Assembly (NCBI GenBank): GCA_045648945.1
Contig: JAZROX010000047.1
Coordinates: 13,615 to 77,614 of the forward strand
DNA: 64,000 nt
Reading direction: 5' to 3'
From: Candidatus Enterousia sp.
GTDB taxonomy: Bacteria; Pseudomonadota; Alphaproteobacteria; Rs-D84
Below, one piece after another: positions 25,211 through 34,850 of this stretch; position 1 is the stretch's first letter; each line of letters opens with the position of its first letter. The notes below the pieces were generated by a model. That model saw only the letters and a list, made by a program, of their open reading frames with translations, did no database searches and had not been told where the DNA came from. The position numbers and the translations under genes were made by a program.

Positions 25211-25915
25211 ATGAAATTTATTATCGGAAATTGGAAAATGAACGGTTCGCGCACAATACTGCGCGACATGATTGAACGTGCAAATGGCGTAAAAACCGAA
25301 AATCGCGTGGTTTTGTGTGTGCCTTTTACAATGTTGGGCGAAAAATCCGACGTTATCGCGTTTGGTGCCCAAGATGTAAGCACGCATGAACGTGGCGCAT
25401 ACACCGGTGAAATATCTGCGGGGATGCTGAACGAAGCCGGCGCAAAATACGTTATTGTCGGCCACAGTGAACGCCGTATGTATCATGATGAAACAAACGA
25501 TATTGTTCGGGACAAGGCCGCACGTGCATTGGAATTTGGTATTACCCCCATTATCTGTGTTGGTGAAACTATGGATGAAAAGCGTGCCGGAAAAACATTG
25601 GATGTTATCACGGCGGCGGTGCGGGAATCTGTACCCGCGGATGTCAAAGACGACATCATAATTGCATACGAACCACGTTGGGCCATTGGTGCGGGTATAA
25701 CGCCAACCGCGGATGAAATTGCAACCGCGCATCGGGTAATTGCCGATAATTTGTCATATATGGGATTGGACGGAACGCCGATTCTGTATGGGGCCAGTGT
25801 AAATGCCGCCAATGTTGCCGATATTGTGGCAATAGAAAATGTTGGTGGTGTATTGGTTGGTGGTGCATCCTTGAAACCGGACGAATTCATACCTATAATA
25901 GAGAGTGTTAAATAA
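25211..25915 (+). CDS. tpiA: triosephosphate isomerase
   Basis: IGNWKMNG...VIVGHSERR...IAYEPRWAIGAG...GGASLK. Confidence 0.95.
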   Translation: MKFIIGNWKMNGSRTILRDMIERANGVKTENRVVLCVPFTMLGEKSDVIAFGAQDVSTHERGAYTGEISAGMLNEAGAKYVIVGHSERRMYHDETNDIVRDKAARALEFGITPIICVGETMDEKRAGKTLDVITAAVRESVPADVKDDIIIAYEPRWAIGAGITPTADEIATAHRVIADNLSYMGLDGTPILYGASVNAANVADIVAIENVGGVLVGGASLKPDEFIPIIESVK

Positions 25916-25933
25916 CAAAATAAAGATAAAACT

Positions 25934-26461
25934 ATGCAAGAAGATAAAGAAGTAAAAGTTGAACAGGTGTCATTAGACGATGCCCAACGCGTCCCAGACC
26001 AACCGGTTGCCGAACCCGAATCCGGGACCGATGCGCGTATTGCGGAATTGGAAAAATCCTTGGCCGACATGAATGATAAATACCTGCGTGCGATGGCAGA
26101 ATTGGAAAATACTCGCCGTCGTGCGGCAATTGACGCGGAGTCACGTGCCCGGTCGCGCGCAATGGCGGTGGCGGAAAAAATTCTGCCGATGATGGATGCG
26201 GTTGATGCGGCATTGAAACATACGCCCGATGATGACGGCATGAAATCTTTGGCCATGGCGTTAAAGTCTGCATTTGATTCAATTGGAATTGTTCGTATGG
26301 ACGTGGTTGGTAAACCGTTGGACCCAAACCTGCATAATGCGATCCAGGTTGTGGATGCGCCGGAAAACACGCCATCGAACACCGTTGTTGAAGAAATGCA
26401 GGCCGGTTACATGTTCGGTGATACCGTTCTGCGGACGGCGATGGTTGTGGTTGCCAAATAA
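25934..26461 (+). CDS. grpE: nucleotide exchange factor GrpE
   Basis: [15 protein letters not shown]...[16 protein letters not shown]. Confidence 0.92.
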   Translation: MQEDKEVKVEQVSLDDAQRVPDQPVAEPESGTDARIAELEKSLADMNDKYLRAMAELENTRRRAAIDAESRARSRAMAVAEKILPMMDAVDAALKHTPDDDGMKSLAMALKSAFDSIGIVRMDVVGKPLDPNLHNAIQVVDAPENTPSNTVVEEMQAGYMFGDTVLRTAMVVVAK

Positions 26462-26526
26462 TCCCCAAATGTTTGCGAACCACAAATTTATATGATATAA
26501 TCAAAAGAAAAATTAAAGGATTGATA

Positions 26527-27108
26527 ATGTCTTTGGTACCAATTGTGATAGAAGAATCCCCACGTGGCGAACGGTCGTTTGACATTTATTCGCGCCTGCT
26601 GCGTGACAGAATTATTATGGTGACCGGCGAAATTGAAACTGGCATGGCGAACACCATCGTGGCACAGTTATTATTGTTGGAATCAGAAAATCCGAATGCC
26701 GATATATCTATGTACATAAATTCACCAGGCGGTGATGTTTCGGCTGGGGAAGCAATCATTGACACAATGAATTATATCAAGGCACCTGTATCAACCATTG
26801 GTATGGGATTGGTTGCGTCAATGGCGTCGGTGATTTTGGCGGCGGGGCAAAAGGGTAAACGTTTCTGTCTGCAAAACACCCAGATTATGATTCATCAACC
26901 TATGGCCGGAACCCAGGGTCAGGTGACAGATATGGAAATTCATGTCGCGAAATTTAAACAGACAAAACAATTGTTGATTAAGCAAATGGCGGGCTTCACG
27001 GGTCGCAAAGAAAAAGAATTGTTTGATGCGATGGAACGTGATAATTGGATGGATGCCGAAGCCGCCAAGAAGTTCGGTTTAATCGATGACATATTGGTTC
27101 GTAAATAA
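26527..27108 (+). CDS. clpP: ATP-dependent Clp protease proteolytic subunit
   Basis: [16 protein letters not shown]...[11 protein letters not shown]...[11 protein letters not shown]...IHQP. Confidence 0.96.
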   Translation: MSLVPIVIEESPRGERSFDIYSRLLRDRIIMVTGEIETGMANTIVAQLLLLESENPNADISMYINSPGGDVSAGEAIIDTMNYIKAPVSTIGMGLVASMASVILAAGQKGKRFCLQNTQIMIHQPMAGTQGQVTDMEIHVAKFKQTKQLLIKQMAGFTGRKEKELFDAMERDNWMDAEAAKKFGLIDDILVRK

Positions 27109-27126
27109 TTGTATGGGGTGCACACA

Positions 27127-28389
27127 ATGAGTGACGATAAAAAAACACCAGAATCAGAAAATAAAAATCAGTTTTGCAGTTTCTGTGGCAAGGCCGTGTA
27201 CGAAGTGAAAAAATTGGTCAGTGGTCGCAATGTGTGTATTTGTGACGAATGTATCGCGCTGTGCAATGATATTATGGCGGACGACATTCGGACCGAGGTC
27301 ACCAAAGAGGCGGAAAAATTACCCACCCCGCGCCAGATTTATGATTTCCTAAACGAATATATCATTGGCCAAGAAAATGCGAAACGCACATTGGCGGTTG
27401 CGGTTTATAATCATTACAAACGTCACAATGTCGCATTGTCTTCGAATGTAGAAATTCAAAAATCGAACGTTTTGTTGATTGGACCCACGGGAACGGGTAA
27501 AACATTGTTTGCGCAAACATTGGCGCGTATTTTGGATGTGCCGTTTGCAATCGCCGATGCCACAACTTTGACCGAGGCCGGCTATGTCGGCGACGACGTG
27601 GAAAGTGTTTTAACACAATTATTACACAACGCGGGTTTTGATGTAGACCAGGCCCAGCGTGGAATTATCTATATCGATGAAATTGATAAAATTGCGCGCA
27701 AATCGGAAAACCCGTCTTTGACACGCGATGTTTCCGGCGAAGGCGTGCAACAGGCATTATTGAAATTGGTCGAAGGCACCGTTGCAAATGTTTCCGCCGG
27801 CGGCGCGGGACGCAAACACCCGGGCGAGGCGACATTACGCCTGGACACGTCCAAGATATTATTTATCTGTGGTGGGGCGTTTGACGGGCTGAACAAGATT
27901 ATTGCGAATCGGAAATGTGAACGCGCCGGAATTGGTTTTGGCGCAGACGTGTCATCAAAAACCGAACGCGAATCGAAAAACCACATGGCGGATGTTGAAC
28001 CGCAAGATTTGGTAAAGTATGGAATTATTCCGGAATTGATTGGGCGGTTGCCGGTTGTTGCGACACTGGAAGATTTGGATGAAGATGCGTTGGTTAAAAT
28101 CCTGACCGAACCGAAGAACGCGATTGTTCGTCAATATGTTGCGATGTTGGGGATGGATGATGTGAAATTGACCGTGACCGAAGACGGCCTGCGTGAAATT
28201 GCGCGGTTGGCATTGGCACGGAAAACGGGTGCGCGGGGCCTGCGCAGTATTTTGGAAAAGATATTATTGGAACCAATGTTTAATGCGCCGGACAAGACCG
28301 ATTTGGCCGAAATCGTGATTGATAAAGACGTGGTTTTGGGCAAAAAACCACCAATCGAAATCCGTCAAAACGCGAAAAAGGCGGCATAA
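27127..28389 (+). CDS. clpX: ATP-dependent Clp protease ATP-binding subunit ClpX
   Basis: CSFCGK...CICDEC zinc finger, GPTGTGKT Walker [10 protein letters not shown] Walker B. Confidence 0.97.
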   Translation: MSDDKKTPESENKNQFCSFCGKAVYEVKKLVSGRNVCICDECIALCNDIMADDIRTEVTKEAEKLPTPRQIYDFLNEYIIGQENAKRTLAVAVYNHYKRHNVALSSNVEIQKSNVLLIGPTGTGKTLFAQTLARILDVPFAIADATTLTEAGYVGDDVESVLTQLLHNAGFDVDQAQRGIIYIDEIDKIARKSENPSLTRDVSGEGVQQALLKLVEGTVANVSAGGAGRKHPGEATLRLDTSKILFICGGAFDGLNKIIANRKCERAGIGFGADVSSKTERESKNHMADVEPQDLVKYGIIPELIGRLPVVATLEDLDEDALVKILTEPKNAIVRQYVAMLGMDDVKLTVTEDGLREIARLALARKTGARGLRSILEKILLEPMFNAPDKTDLAEIVIDKDVVLGKKPPIEIRQNAKKAA

Positions 28390-28465
28390 TACACCAATTT
28401 TTACACCCATTTGCGTGTGTTTTGGGCGGCGGATTTCCGCCGGGTTGGGGCGATTCGTGACCTGG

Positions 28466-28572
28466 GCAAAAAGGAACGTTTGTGTCCACACTTTTTTTAA
28501 AAAAATTCAAACATTGATTTTACTGCATTTTTTTTGCGGTCCCACTGGGTGGGCATAAACGTTCCTTTTTGC
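28466..28572 (+). promoter_or_regulatory. 24-bp stem (28466-28489 / 28549-28572) with 59-nt loop in the leader of 28606-29586
   Basis: GCAAAAAGGAACGTTTGTGTCCAC pairs with GTGGGCATAAACGTTCCTTTTTGC. The only two non-Watson-Crick positions are G-U pairs on the sense strand. Conserved upstream of the paralogue at 46884-46988. Confidence 0.5.
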
Positions 28573-28605
28573 TACAGTTTTTTACGTGACGTAAAGGGGG
28601 AAATT

Positions 28606-29586
28606 ATGCGGAAATTTTTTGTGTCGGTAATCTGTGCATTGTGCATATGTTCTGCATTTGCGGCGGGTGAAAATGTCGCGACGTCCAAGGCATTCGTTGA
28701 CACCGCCGTTGTATTGAAACAGGACAAAATCCCCGCAAATTCCGGCACAACCCAGGTTTTAACGAATAGCGGCGAATCGGGCACAGTTGGGACAAAAGAA
28801 ATCTATGATTCAACCGCCGCATACGCCGGCCAGGCGGATTCTTTGGTCGAGGCGGCAACCATGAACGCCGCCGTGCAGAATGCGATAGACGCCGAGTTCA
28901 AGTGTGTTCAGTATAATCCAAACGATTCAACCGATTGTTGGTTGGTGGATATTGGGGGAGCGGCGCAATCCGCCCTGCCATCGGGTTATACCAGGTTGGA
29001 ATATATTGAATCAACCGGAACGCAGTATATTGATACGGGAATCGCACCGAAAAACACCAATAATCTGAAGTGGAAAATAGATGTTCAATATATAAATCCA
29101 TATGGAAATTTTAACTATGCGGGTTTTGGTGTGTTTGGAGGAAGATATTGGTTGAAATTCGATATAAAATCGGCAAATGTTGTTGGAATTCAATGCGGAG
29201 GTGCATATTCAGAAAGTCAGCCAAGTGTATCTATTGCCAATAGAAATATTTTCTTTATGGATACAGAATCACGTACTTTTGGTATTAATAATGAGATACA
29301 GTCATTGTCTGGGATGGAGGATGGGGCGTTACAAATTCCATATAATATTTATTTGTTCGCGGTTAGCAATGACCAAAGTGGAATGGAAAACACACTTGCA
29401 AGTGCACGACTTTATGGTGCGTATATGGCCAACGGCGCCACCGCGATTCGTAACTTTGTCCCTGCACGCCGTAACAGTGACGGTGTTTTAGGGATGTATG
29501 ATACAGTTTCAAATACGTTCTTTACCAATTCCGGCACAGGTACATTCGTTGCCGGGCCGGTGTTCAGTTATTTACCACAAAATTAA
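28606..29586 (+). CDS. secreted protein, paralogue A (signal peptide; LEYIESTGTQYIDTG-type C-terminal domain)
   Basis: Start moved to ATG 28606 (RBS AAAGGGGG). MRKFFVSVICALCICSAFA/AGE signal. About 75% identity over the first 150 aa with 45869-46849. Shared C-terminal FVPARRNSDGVLGMYDTVSNTFFTNSGTGTFVAGP. Confidence 0.8.
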   Translation: MRKFFVSVICALCICSAFAAGENVATSKAFVDTAVVLKQDKIPANSGTTQVLTNSGESGTVGTKEIYDSTAAYAGQADSLVEAATMNAAVQNAIDAEFKCVQYNPNDSTDCWLVDIGGAAQSALPSGYTRLEYIESTGTQYIDTGIAPKNTNNLKWKIDVQYINPYGNFNYAGFGVFGGRYWLKFDIKSANVVGIQCGGAYSESQPSVSIANRNIFFMDTESRTFGINNEIQSLSGMEDGALQIPYNIYLFAVSNDQSGMENTLASARLYGAYMANGATAIRNFVPARRNSDGVLGMYDTVSNTFFTNSGTGTFVAGPVFSYLPQN

Positions 29587-29613
29587 AAAACGGATGCGTT
29601 CGCATCCGTTTTT
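29585..29613. terminator. bidirectional terminator
   Basis: AAAAAACGGATGCG-TT-CGCATCCGTTTTT. Confidence 0.75.
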
Positions 29614-29652
29614 CACTAACCACTAACCACTAACACTAACCACTAACACTAG
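29614..29652. repeat. tandem heptamer array (CACTAAC)n, reverse complement GTTAGTG
   Basis: CACTAAC CACTAAC CACTAAC ACTAAC CACTAAC ACTAG read directly. Lies between the terminator and the rnhA stop codon. Confidence 0.9.
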
Positions 29653-29655
29653 TTG

Positions 29656-30084
29656 CTATTTTAATTTTTCTGCGGCGGTGCGTGCCAATTCGTCACACAT
29701 TTCGTTGAATTCTTCGCCGTTGTGGCCGCGCACCCATACCCAGTGAATTTTTATTTTGCCCGCCAACTCGTCCAATTTCTGCCACAGGTCTTGATTTTTT
29801 ACCGGTTTTTTATCCGCAGTGCGCCAATTATTTCTGCGCCAGTTTTTTATCCATGTTTGCATGCCGTTTTTTACATATTGGCTGTCGGTGTGGATTTCAA
29901 TTTCGGCATGACGATGCGCCGCGGTTGCCGCGCGAATGACCGCCATCAATTCCATGCGGTTGTTTGTTGTGTTGGGATCGCCCCCACTGCGATGTGCGAT
30001 GTTTTTGCCGTCGGTTGCAACGAATGCCCATCCGCCCGGGCCGGGGTTGCCCAAACAACTGCCGTCTGTCCAGATTTTTAACAT
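29656..30084 (-). CDS. rnhA: ribonuclease HI
   Basis: IWTDGSCLGNPGPGGWA...TNNRMEL...HTDSQYV...WVRGHNG...NEMCDELA. Confidence 0.93.
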   Translation of the reverse strand: MLKIWTDGSCLGNPGPGGWAFVATDGKNIAHRSGGDPNTTNNRMELMAVIRAATAAHRHAEIEIHTDSQYVKNGMQTWIKNWRRNNWRTADKKPVKNQDLWQKLDELAGKIKIHWVWVRGHNGEEFNEMCDELARTAAEKLK

Positions 30085-30120
30085 TTTATTTATCACCTTT
30101 TTATGATATAATATCATAAA

Positions 30121-31902
30121 ATGTTCATAGATTCCAAGAATTTAAGCGAAATGTCCAATGCGGTGCGGGCCACGGCCCTGCGCGCGTTGCGTCATGCAAA
30201 AACCGGGCATATCGGAATTGCGCTGGGGGCGGCCGATATCGTCACGATGATTTATGCGGTGTTTTTAAATCCGGCGTCCGACCGATTCGTTTTGTCGGCG
30301 GGGCATGGGTCGGCGTTGCTGTATTCTGTATTAAAGTTGGCGGGGTATCGGGTTGGTGATTTGGATTCTTTGCGGCGCCTGTACGGTTTGCCGGGACATC
30401 CGGAATATAGAATTGACGGCGTTGCCGCGACCACGGGGCCACTGGGCCAGGGCGTTGCAAATGCGGTCGGTATGGCAATCGCAGAAAAACATTTCGAAAG
30501 TGATGGTAAAATTTATTGCCTGTGCAGTGATGGCGATTTGATGGAGGGCGTCGCGCAAGAGGCGATTTCTTTTGCCGGGCGGTATAAATTGGATAACTTG
30601 GTTTTATTATGGGACAATAACGGCGTTTCTATTGATGGCGCGGCCCAAACGGATGTCAATGTTGCGATGCGTATGCGTGCGGCGGGTTGGGATGTGCGTG
30701 TGGCAAATGGTCATGATTTTGACGAAATTTATGATGCAATTTCTGCGCCGGCGGCGGGGCCGGTCTTTGTTCAATGTAATACGGTTTTGGGTTTGGGATC
30801 GGGTGTTGCCGGGACGCGACATGCGCATGGATTCGATGTTTCCGATTCGGAAATGGCCGCGTTAATAGAAGAATTGGATTCTGTGCGTGGACGCGAATTG
30901 TGGGGTGTGGTGGCACGGTCGCATTGTACGCCACATGCGCGGAAATATGCAAATGTGCCGAATGCGTTGTTGCCGGATGTGCCGCACTTTATTTCTACGC
31001 GGGAAATGTCGGGAATGTATTTGTCGAAAATTATACAGCGCGCCCATGGTGTTATTTGTGGCAGTGCCGATTTGGGACGCAGCACAAACGTCTTGGTCGA
31101 TGGTATGGTCGATATTACGGCGAATGATTTTTCGGGAAACTATATCAATTATGGTGTGCGCGAACATGCGATGGCCGCAATTATGAATGGTATGGCGTAC
31201 AGTGGTTTGCGTGCGGTGGGTTCTACATTTTTGGTGTTCAGTGATTATATGCGTGGCGCGATGCGCATTTCTGCATTGGCGGGTTTGCCGGTGGTGTACG
31301 TGTTGACGCATGATAGTGTCGCCGTTGGTCCCGATGGCCCGACGCATCAACCGGTGGAACAATTGGCGGGATTGCGATTGGTCCCGAATATGAATGTGTT
31401 TCGCCCATGCAATATGACCGAGGTCGCATGGTCTTGGCGCGAGGCATTGTCAGAAACCAATCGGCCATCGTGTATCGTTTTATCGCGCCAGAAAATTATG
31501 CATGTCGGGAATCCAGTTTGGGGATATGTTGATGCGGGCGGATATGTTATATATAAACCACGGGGCGTGCGTATTCGTTTGACTATCGTCGCCACCGGGT
31601 CCGAGGTTCCTTTGGCGGTCGCCGTTGCACGGCGCCTGGGTGGTGCCCAAGTGGCCAGTATTCCATCTGTATCCCATTTCCGTGATATGGATTCAGAATA
31701 TAAACAGCATGTCCTGCGTGGACATGTGATTGCCATCGAAGCGGGTGCGACCGCATCATGGTTTGAATTTGCCGATGATGTTATTGGACTTGACGATTTT
31801 GGCTTGTCAGGGCCGGGTGATATGGTGTATCGTGAATGCGGATTTGATGCCGATGCGATTGTGGCGGCGATACGGGTCAGAATGAAAAATGGCAAATTTT
31901 GA
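30121..31902 (+). CDS. tkt: transketolase (compact, 593 aa)
   Basis: GHIGIALGAADI...SAGHGSALLY...GPLGQGVANAVGMA...DGDLMEG...THDSVAVGPDGPTHQP. Confidence 0.9.
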   Translation: MFIDSKNLSEMSNAVRATALRALRHAKTGHIGIALGAADIVTMIYAVFLNPASDRFVLSAGHGSALLYSVLKLAGYRVGDLDSLRRLYGLPGHPEYRIDGVAATTGPLGQGVANAVGMAIAEKHFESDGKIYCLCSDGDLMEGVAQEAISFAGRYKLDNLVLLWDNNGVSIDGAAQTDVNVAMRMRAAGWDVRVANGHDFDEIYDAISAPAAGPVFVQCNTVLGLGSGVAGTRHAHGFDVSDSEMAALIEELDSVRGRELWGVVARSHCTPHARKYANVPNALLPDVPHFISTREMSGMYLSKIIQRAHGVICGSADLGRSTNVLVDGMVDITANDFSGNYINYGVREHAMAAIMNGMAYSGLRAVGSTFLVFSDYMRGAMRISALAGLPVVYVLTHDSVAVGPDGPTHQPVEQLAGLRLVPNMNVFRPCNMTEVAWSWREALSETNRPSCIVLSRQKIMHVGNPVWGYVDAGGYVIYKPRGVRIRLTIVATGSEVPLAVAVARRLGGAQVASIPSVSHFRDMDSEYKQHVLRGHVIAIEAGATASWFEFADDVIGLDDFGLSGPGDMVYRECGFDADAIVAAIRVRMKNGKF

Positions 31903-32596
31903 ATTTATAACTTCGACGGGCGAAAAAATACCAATCGTGATAAATGTGCGGCGGGGGCTGCGTAATATAACACTGCGACCAAAGTGTGGTGATGACCGGC
32001 GTATAGAGATATCGCGTCCGTGGATTGCGTCTAATGCGGCGGCGATGCGATTTGTAGAACAAAAGCGTCGTTGGTTAGAACGGTTCTTTGCGAACGCACC
32101 GCAAAAGGTTCATATTAAATCCGGCGATTGGTTTGATTTTTTGGATAAACGGGTCCAGGTCATACACGATGCTACCATTCGTGCGAATAGATTTGTTTTG
32201 AACGATAATGGAATGTACACGTTGTTTGTCGGTGGTGATGATAAAATGATAGAAAACCGTGTGCGCATGTTTGTCAAGGCGGAATTGTTAAAACACATCA
32301 AAGATTTAATTCGTAAAACCCCGCGTGAATTTTGGCCGCGACGGATTTGTCTGCGTGATACTACGTCGCGGTGGGGGTCGCGGTCGACGACGGGGACGAT
32401 ATCTTTTTCGTGGCGGTTGGGTTTGGCACCGTATGATGTTATGCGGTATGTGGTGATGCACGAATTGGCGCATACAAAACACATGGACCATTCGCCAGCG
32501 TTTTGGGCGACGGTTCGCGAACTTTACGGGTTCGGTGTGGAACGGGCCAAGCGGTGGCTGAACACGAACGGCGCGCGTTTGCACCAGGTTCTTTGA
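31889..32596 (+). CDS. YgjP-like M48/DUF45 metal-dependent hydrolase
   Basis: VVMHELAHTKHMDHSPAFW motif. Overlaps the tkt stop by 14 nt. Confidence 0.8.
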   Translation: MANFEFITSTGEKIPIVINVRRGLRNITLRPKCGDDRRIEISRPWIASNAAAMRFVEQKRRWLERFFANAPQKVHIKSGDWFDFLDKRVQVIHDATIRANRFVLNDNGMYTLFVGGDDKMIENRVRMFVKAELLKHIKDLIRKTPREFWPRRICLRDTTSRWGSRSTTGTISFSWRLGLAPYDVMRYVVMHELAHTKHMDHSPAFWATVRELYGFGVERAKRWLNTNGARLHQVL

Positions 32597-32695
32597 TTTT
32601 TTGCGAAACCATACCTAAATATTTTTATGACCGATTGCGGTATAATATGCGCGTGTCAAAGGCACGAATTCATTATTTAACCAAAGGAAAAAACA

Positions 32696-33058
32696 ATGAA
32701 GAAAATATCAATAATGGCCGTGGTTGGTGTGATTGCGGTGGCGCCTGCGTTCGCGGGGCCGGGCAATATGGCGAATAATAATATGAATAATAATATGGTA
32801 GAGGTCATGACGGTAGAGCAGGTGCGTGCCGCCGGCGATAATACCCCGGTGGTGATGCAGGGATATCTGCTGCGTCAAAATGGTGAAAATTCATATGTGT
32901 TCCAGGATACGACCGGGACAATCAATATGGAAATTGACGCCGAAGATTGGGGTGGTTTGACCGTGTCGCCAAATGATTTTGTGGAAATCTGGGGCGAGGT
33001 TGATAAGAACGGTGTGTCGATGATAGAAGTTGATGTTTCCGCAATTAAAAAATTATAA
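32696..33058 (+). CDS. YgiW/YdeI-type periplasmic OB-fold (BOF) protein
   Basis: Signal peptide. TVEQVRAAGDNTPVVMQGYLLRQNGENSYVFQDTTGTINMEIDAEDW...VEIWGEVDK. Confidence 0.75.
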   Translation: MKKISIMAVVGVIAVAPAFAGPGNMANNNMNNNMVEVMTVEQVRAAGDNTPVVMQGYLLRQNGENSYVFQDTTGTINMEIDAEDWGGLTVSPNDFVEIWGEVDKNGVSMIEVDVSAIKKL

Positions 33059-33060
33059 AT

Positions 33061-33086
33061 AATCCGCCACTTGGCGGATTTTTTAT
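33061..33086 (+). terminator. rho-independent terminator
   Basis: AATCCGCC-ACTT-GGCGGATTTTTTAT. Confidence 0.8.
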
Positions 33087-33171
33087 TTGTTCTTTATGGT
33101 CTTGACATTATAAAAATTTGTATTATATATATCTGTGTGATGGGGTGTAATATAAACCAAAGGAGTTTGGC

Positions 33172-33675
33172 ATGAAAAACAAAAAATTGGCGACAGGCGT
33201 TTCGGGAACTTTGTTGGCATTGTTGCTGTTGGCAAGTTGTGAAACCGAACAAAAACACGACCAAAAACTCACGCGTAAATTCGCAGAATGGATGTTGAAC
33301 AAGGCGAATGCCGAGGCTTTGGAGTCATTTGATAAAAATTATGAATATAATGCGGCAGACGAAGTTTGGTTGCGCAAGGTCAGAAACGATTCTATATCGC
33401 ATCGTGAGGCGTTGGAACGTGATGCGGATGTTGTGTTGAAATATACAAAAACATGTGCGACTGCATCCGATGTTTGGGAAAAGATTCAAAAGGCGCCGTT
33501 GTCGTATGATTATGGCCCCGGCAGTTTTATTAATAAAGATGGCGAATGGGAATATGGTGACCATGTCAACACTGGGGCATGCAAAGAATATAAATGCAAG
33601 GTAAACTATGATGAATATAAAAGTGCCTTAAAAGAAATTTATCGCATACGCAATGCAAAATCAAAGAATAAATAA
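33172..33675 (+). CDS. lipoprotein, hypothetical
   Basis: MKNKKLATGVSGTLLALLLLASC lipobox. Confidence 0.7.
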   Translation: MKNKKLATGVSGTLLALLLLASCETEQKHDQKLTRKFAEWMLNKANAEALESFDKNYEYNAADEVWLRKVRNDSISHREALERDADVVLKYTKTCATASDVWEKIQKAPLSYDYGPGSFINKDGEWEYGDHVNTGACKEYKCKVNYDEYKSALKEIYRIRNAKSKNK

Positions 33676-33693
33676 ATTATTGGCACGATATTA

Positions 33694-33720
33694 AACGGGG
33701 CGTTTGCCCCGTTGTTTTTA
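33694..33720. terminator. bidirectional terminator
   Basis: AACGGGGC-GTTT-GCCCCGTTGTTTTTA between convergent genes. Confidence 0.7.
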
Positions 33721-34827
33721 TTTGTTTGTTAATTGCAATTCTATACGACGATTCTTTTGCATGCTCTCTTTATCTGTGCCGGTTGCCACCGGATGCATGT
33801 CGCCAAAGCCACTTGGGATAAGGCGTTGCGCCGACACCCCATCCGCAACCAATTCGTTCATAACCGCCGTTGCACGTAACATGGCCAACTGCATATTATT
33901 ACGATATGCGCGGTTGCCGGGAATAACCGGGGTCGTGTCTGTGTGACCATCGATTCGGATAATCCAATCTGTGTCCGATGGAATCTTGTTTTCAAATTCT
34001 TTGATAACATTGGATATAAGGCGCAGTTGATTTTTGCCTTCGGCCGATAACTTGTACGAACCGGTTGGGAATAAAATGTCACTGGATACAATGAACCGAT
34101 CGCCGTCTGATTCAATGCCCTTTGTATCGCCCAGGGCCGTTTTAATTGCACGATAGAATGCGGATTGATATTGTTTCATTTCGTTTAATTCGGCGACTTT
34201 ATCGGCCAATGCTTTGTTAAGTCGATTTGACATTTCGACATATTGGGCCTCTTGTTCTTTGGCGGCCACCTCGACGGCCGAGAGTGCTTCACTTATTTTT
34301 TTCAATTCTTCTTGATATTCGGCGGCCTGGGTTGCCAATTGTGCCGACATTTTCGATTCGATTTCTTGACGTTGTTGTTCCAATTCAATCAATTGCGCCT
34401 TGGCGGCCAATGCCTGGGCCTCTAATTGTCCCTGCATTTCAACCAGGCGGGCCTTGGCCACTTCATCTTCGGCCTGGAGTTTATTTACCTGGTTTTCATA
34501 TGCGGTAATAAGGTCAATCATAGAAAGATTCTGGGCATCTATATCAATTTGTGCGTTTTCAAGATTCGCGCGCGCCTGAATCAATAACTGCATCGCCTCG
34601 CGTTCATCGTTCTCCATTTGACGGATTTTCTCGCTTTGTTCCGCATTGGTTTGTTTCAATTCCGCGATTGTTTGAACGCCGGTTCGTTTGTTAAAGACGC
34701 TGGTTGTGGTCCACAAAAATACAAACACAATAAGCAAGAATATAAGTATGATAACCAGGTTCGAAAACAAATCTACGAACGCCGGCCAAGTGTTTGTTTT
34801 GTTATTATTAAATATTCTGTTCAGCAT
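33718..34827 (-). CDS. MotB/OmpA-like protein with long coiled coil (TM with conserved Asp, about 200-aa coiled coil, C-terminal OmpA-type PG-binding domain)
   Basis: WPAFVDLFSNLVIILIFLL (MotB-like TM Asp). Heptad-rich QAEDEVAKARLVEMQGQLEAQALAAKAQLIELEQQRQEIE. FPTGSYKLS...RIDGHTD...NMQLAMLRATAV...NRRIELQL. Confidence 0.8.
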   Translation of the reverse strand: MLNRIFNNNKTNTWPAFVDLFSNLVIILIFLLIVFVFLWTTTSVFNKRTGVQTIAELKQTNAEQSEKIRQMENDEREAMQLLIQARANLENAQIDIDAQNLSMIDLITAYENQVNKLQAEDEVAKARLVEMQGQLEAQALAAKAQLIELEQQRQEIESKMSAQLATQAAEYQEELKKISEALSAVEVAAKEQEAQYVEMSNRLNKALADKVAELNEMKQYQSAFYRAIKTALGDTKGIESDGDRFIVSSDILFPTGSYKLSAEGKNQLRLISNVIKEFENKIPSDTDWIIRIDGHTDTTPVIPGNRAYRNNMQLAMLRATAVMNELVADGVSAQRLIPSGFGDMHPVATGTDKESMQKNRRIELQLTNK

Positions 34828-34850
34828 TTTTCTCTCTCTTTCTTGTGTCT

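Noticed and set aside
25144-25404. 87-codon N-terminal extension of the PpiD-like ORF in the track
   Set aside because: It would overlap the tpiA start region. The extension is hydrophobic junk, whereas the internal Met gives a typical N-terminus (MLEYLRN...TM helix).
25483-26382. 299-aa minus-strand ORF spanning tpiA and grpE
   Set aside because: It is an antisense shadow of two genes with clear family motifs. The sequence is Ser/Ala/Ile-rich and low in complexity, with no RBS.
28466-28572. Invertible promoter (inverton) flanked by the 24-bp inverted repeats
   Set aside because: The 59-bp spacer is too short for recombinase-mediated inversion, and no recombinase gene is nearby. The mismatches are G-U pairs on the sense strand only, which favours an RNA stem.
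28534-28605. 24-codon extension of the secreted paralogue A ORF
   Set aside because: It runs through the conserved leader stem. The paralogue supports the downstream MRKF start, which has a strong RBS and a signal peptide.
29614-29652. CRISPR array or phase-variable microsatellite
   Set aside because: The units are contiguous 7-mers without spacers, they are not within or upstream of a coding start, and no cas genes are present.
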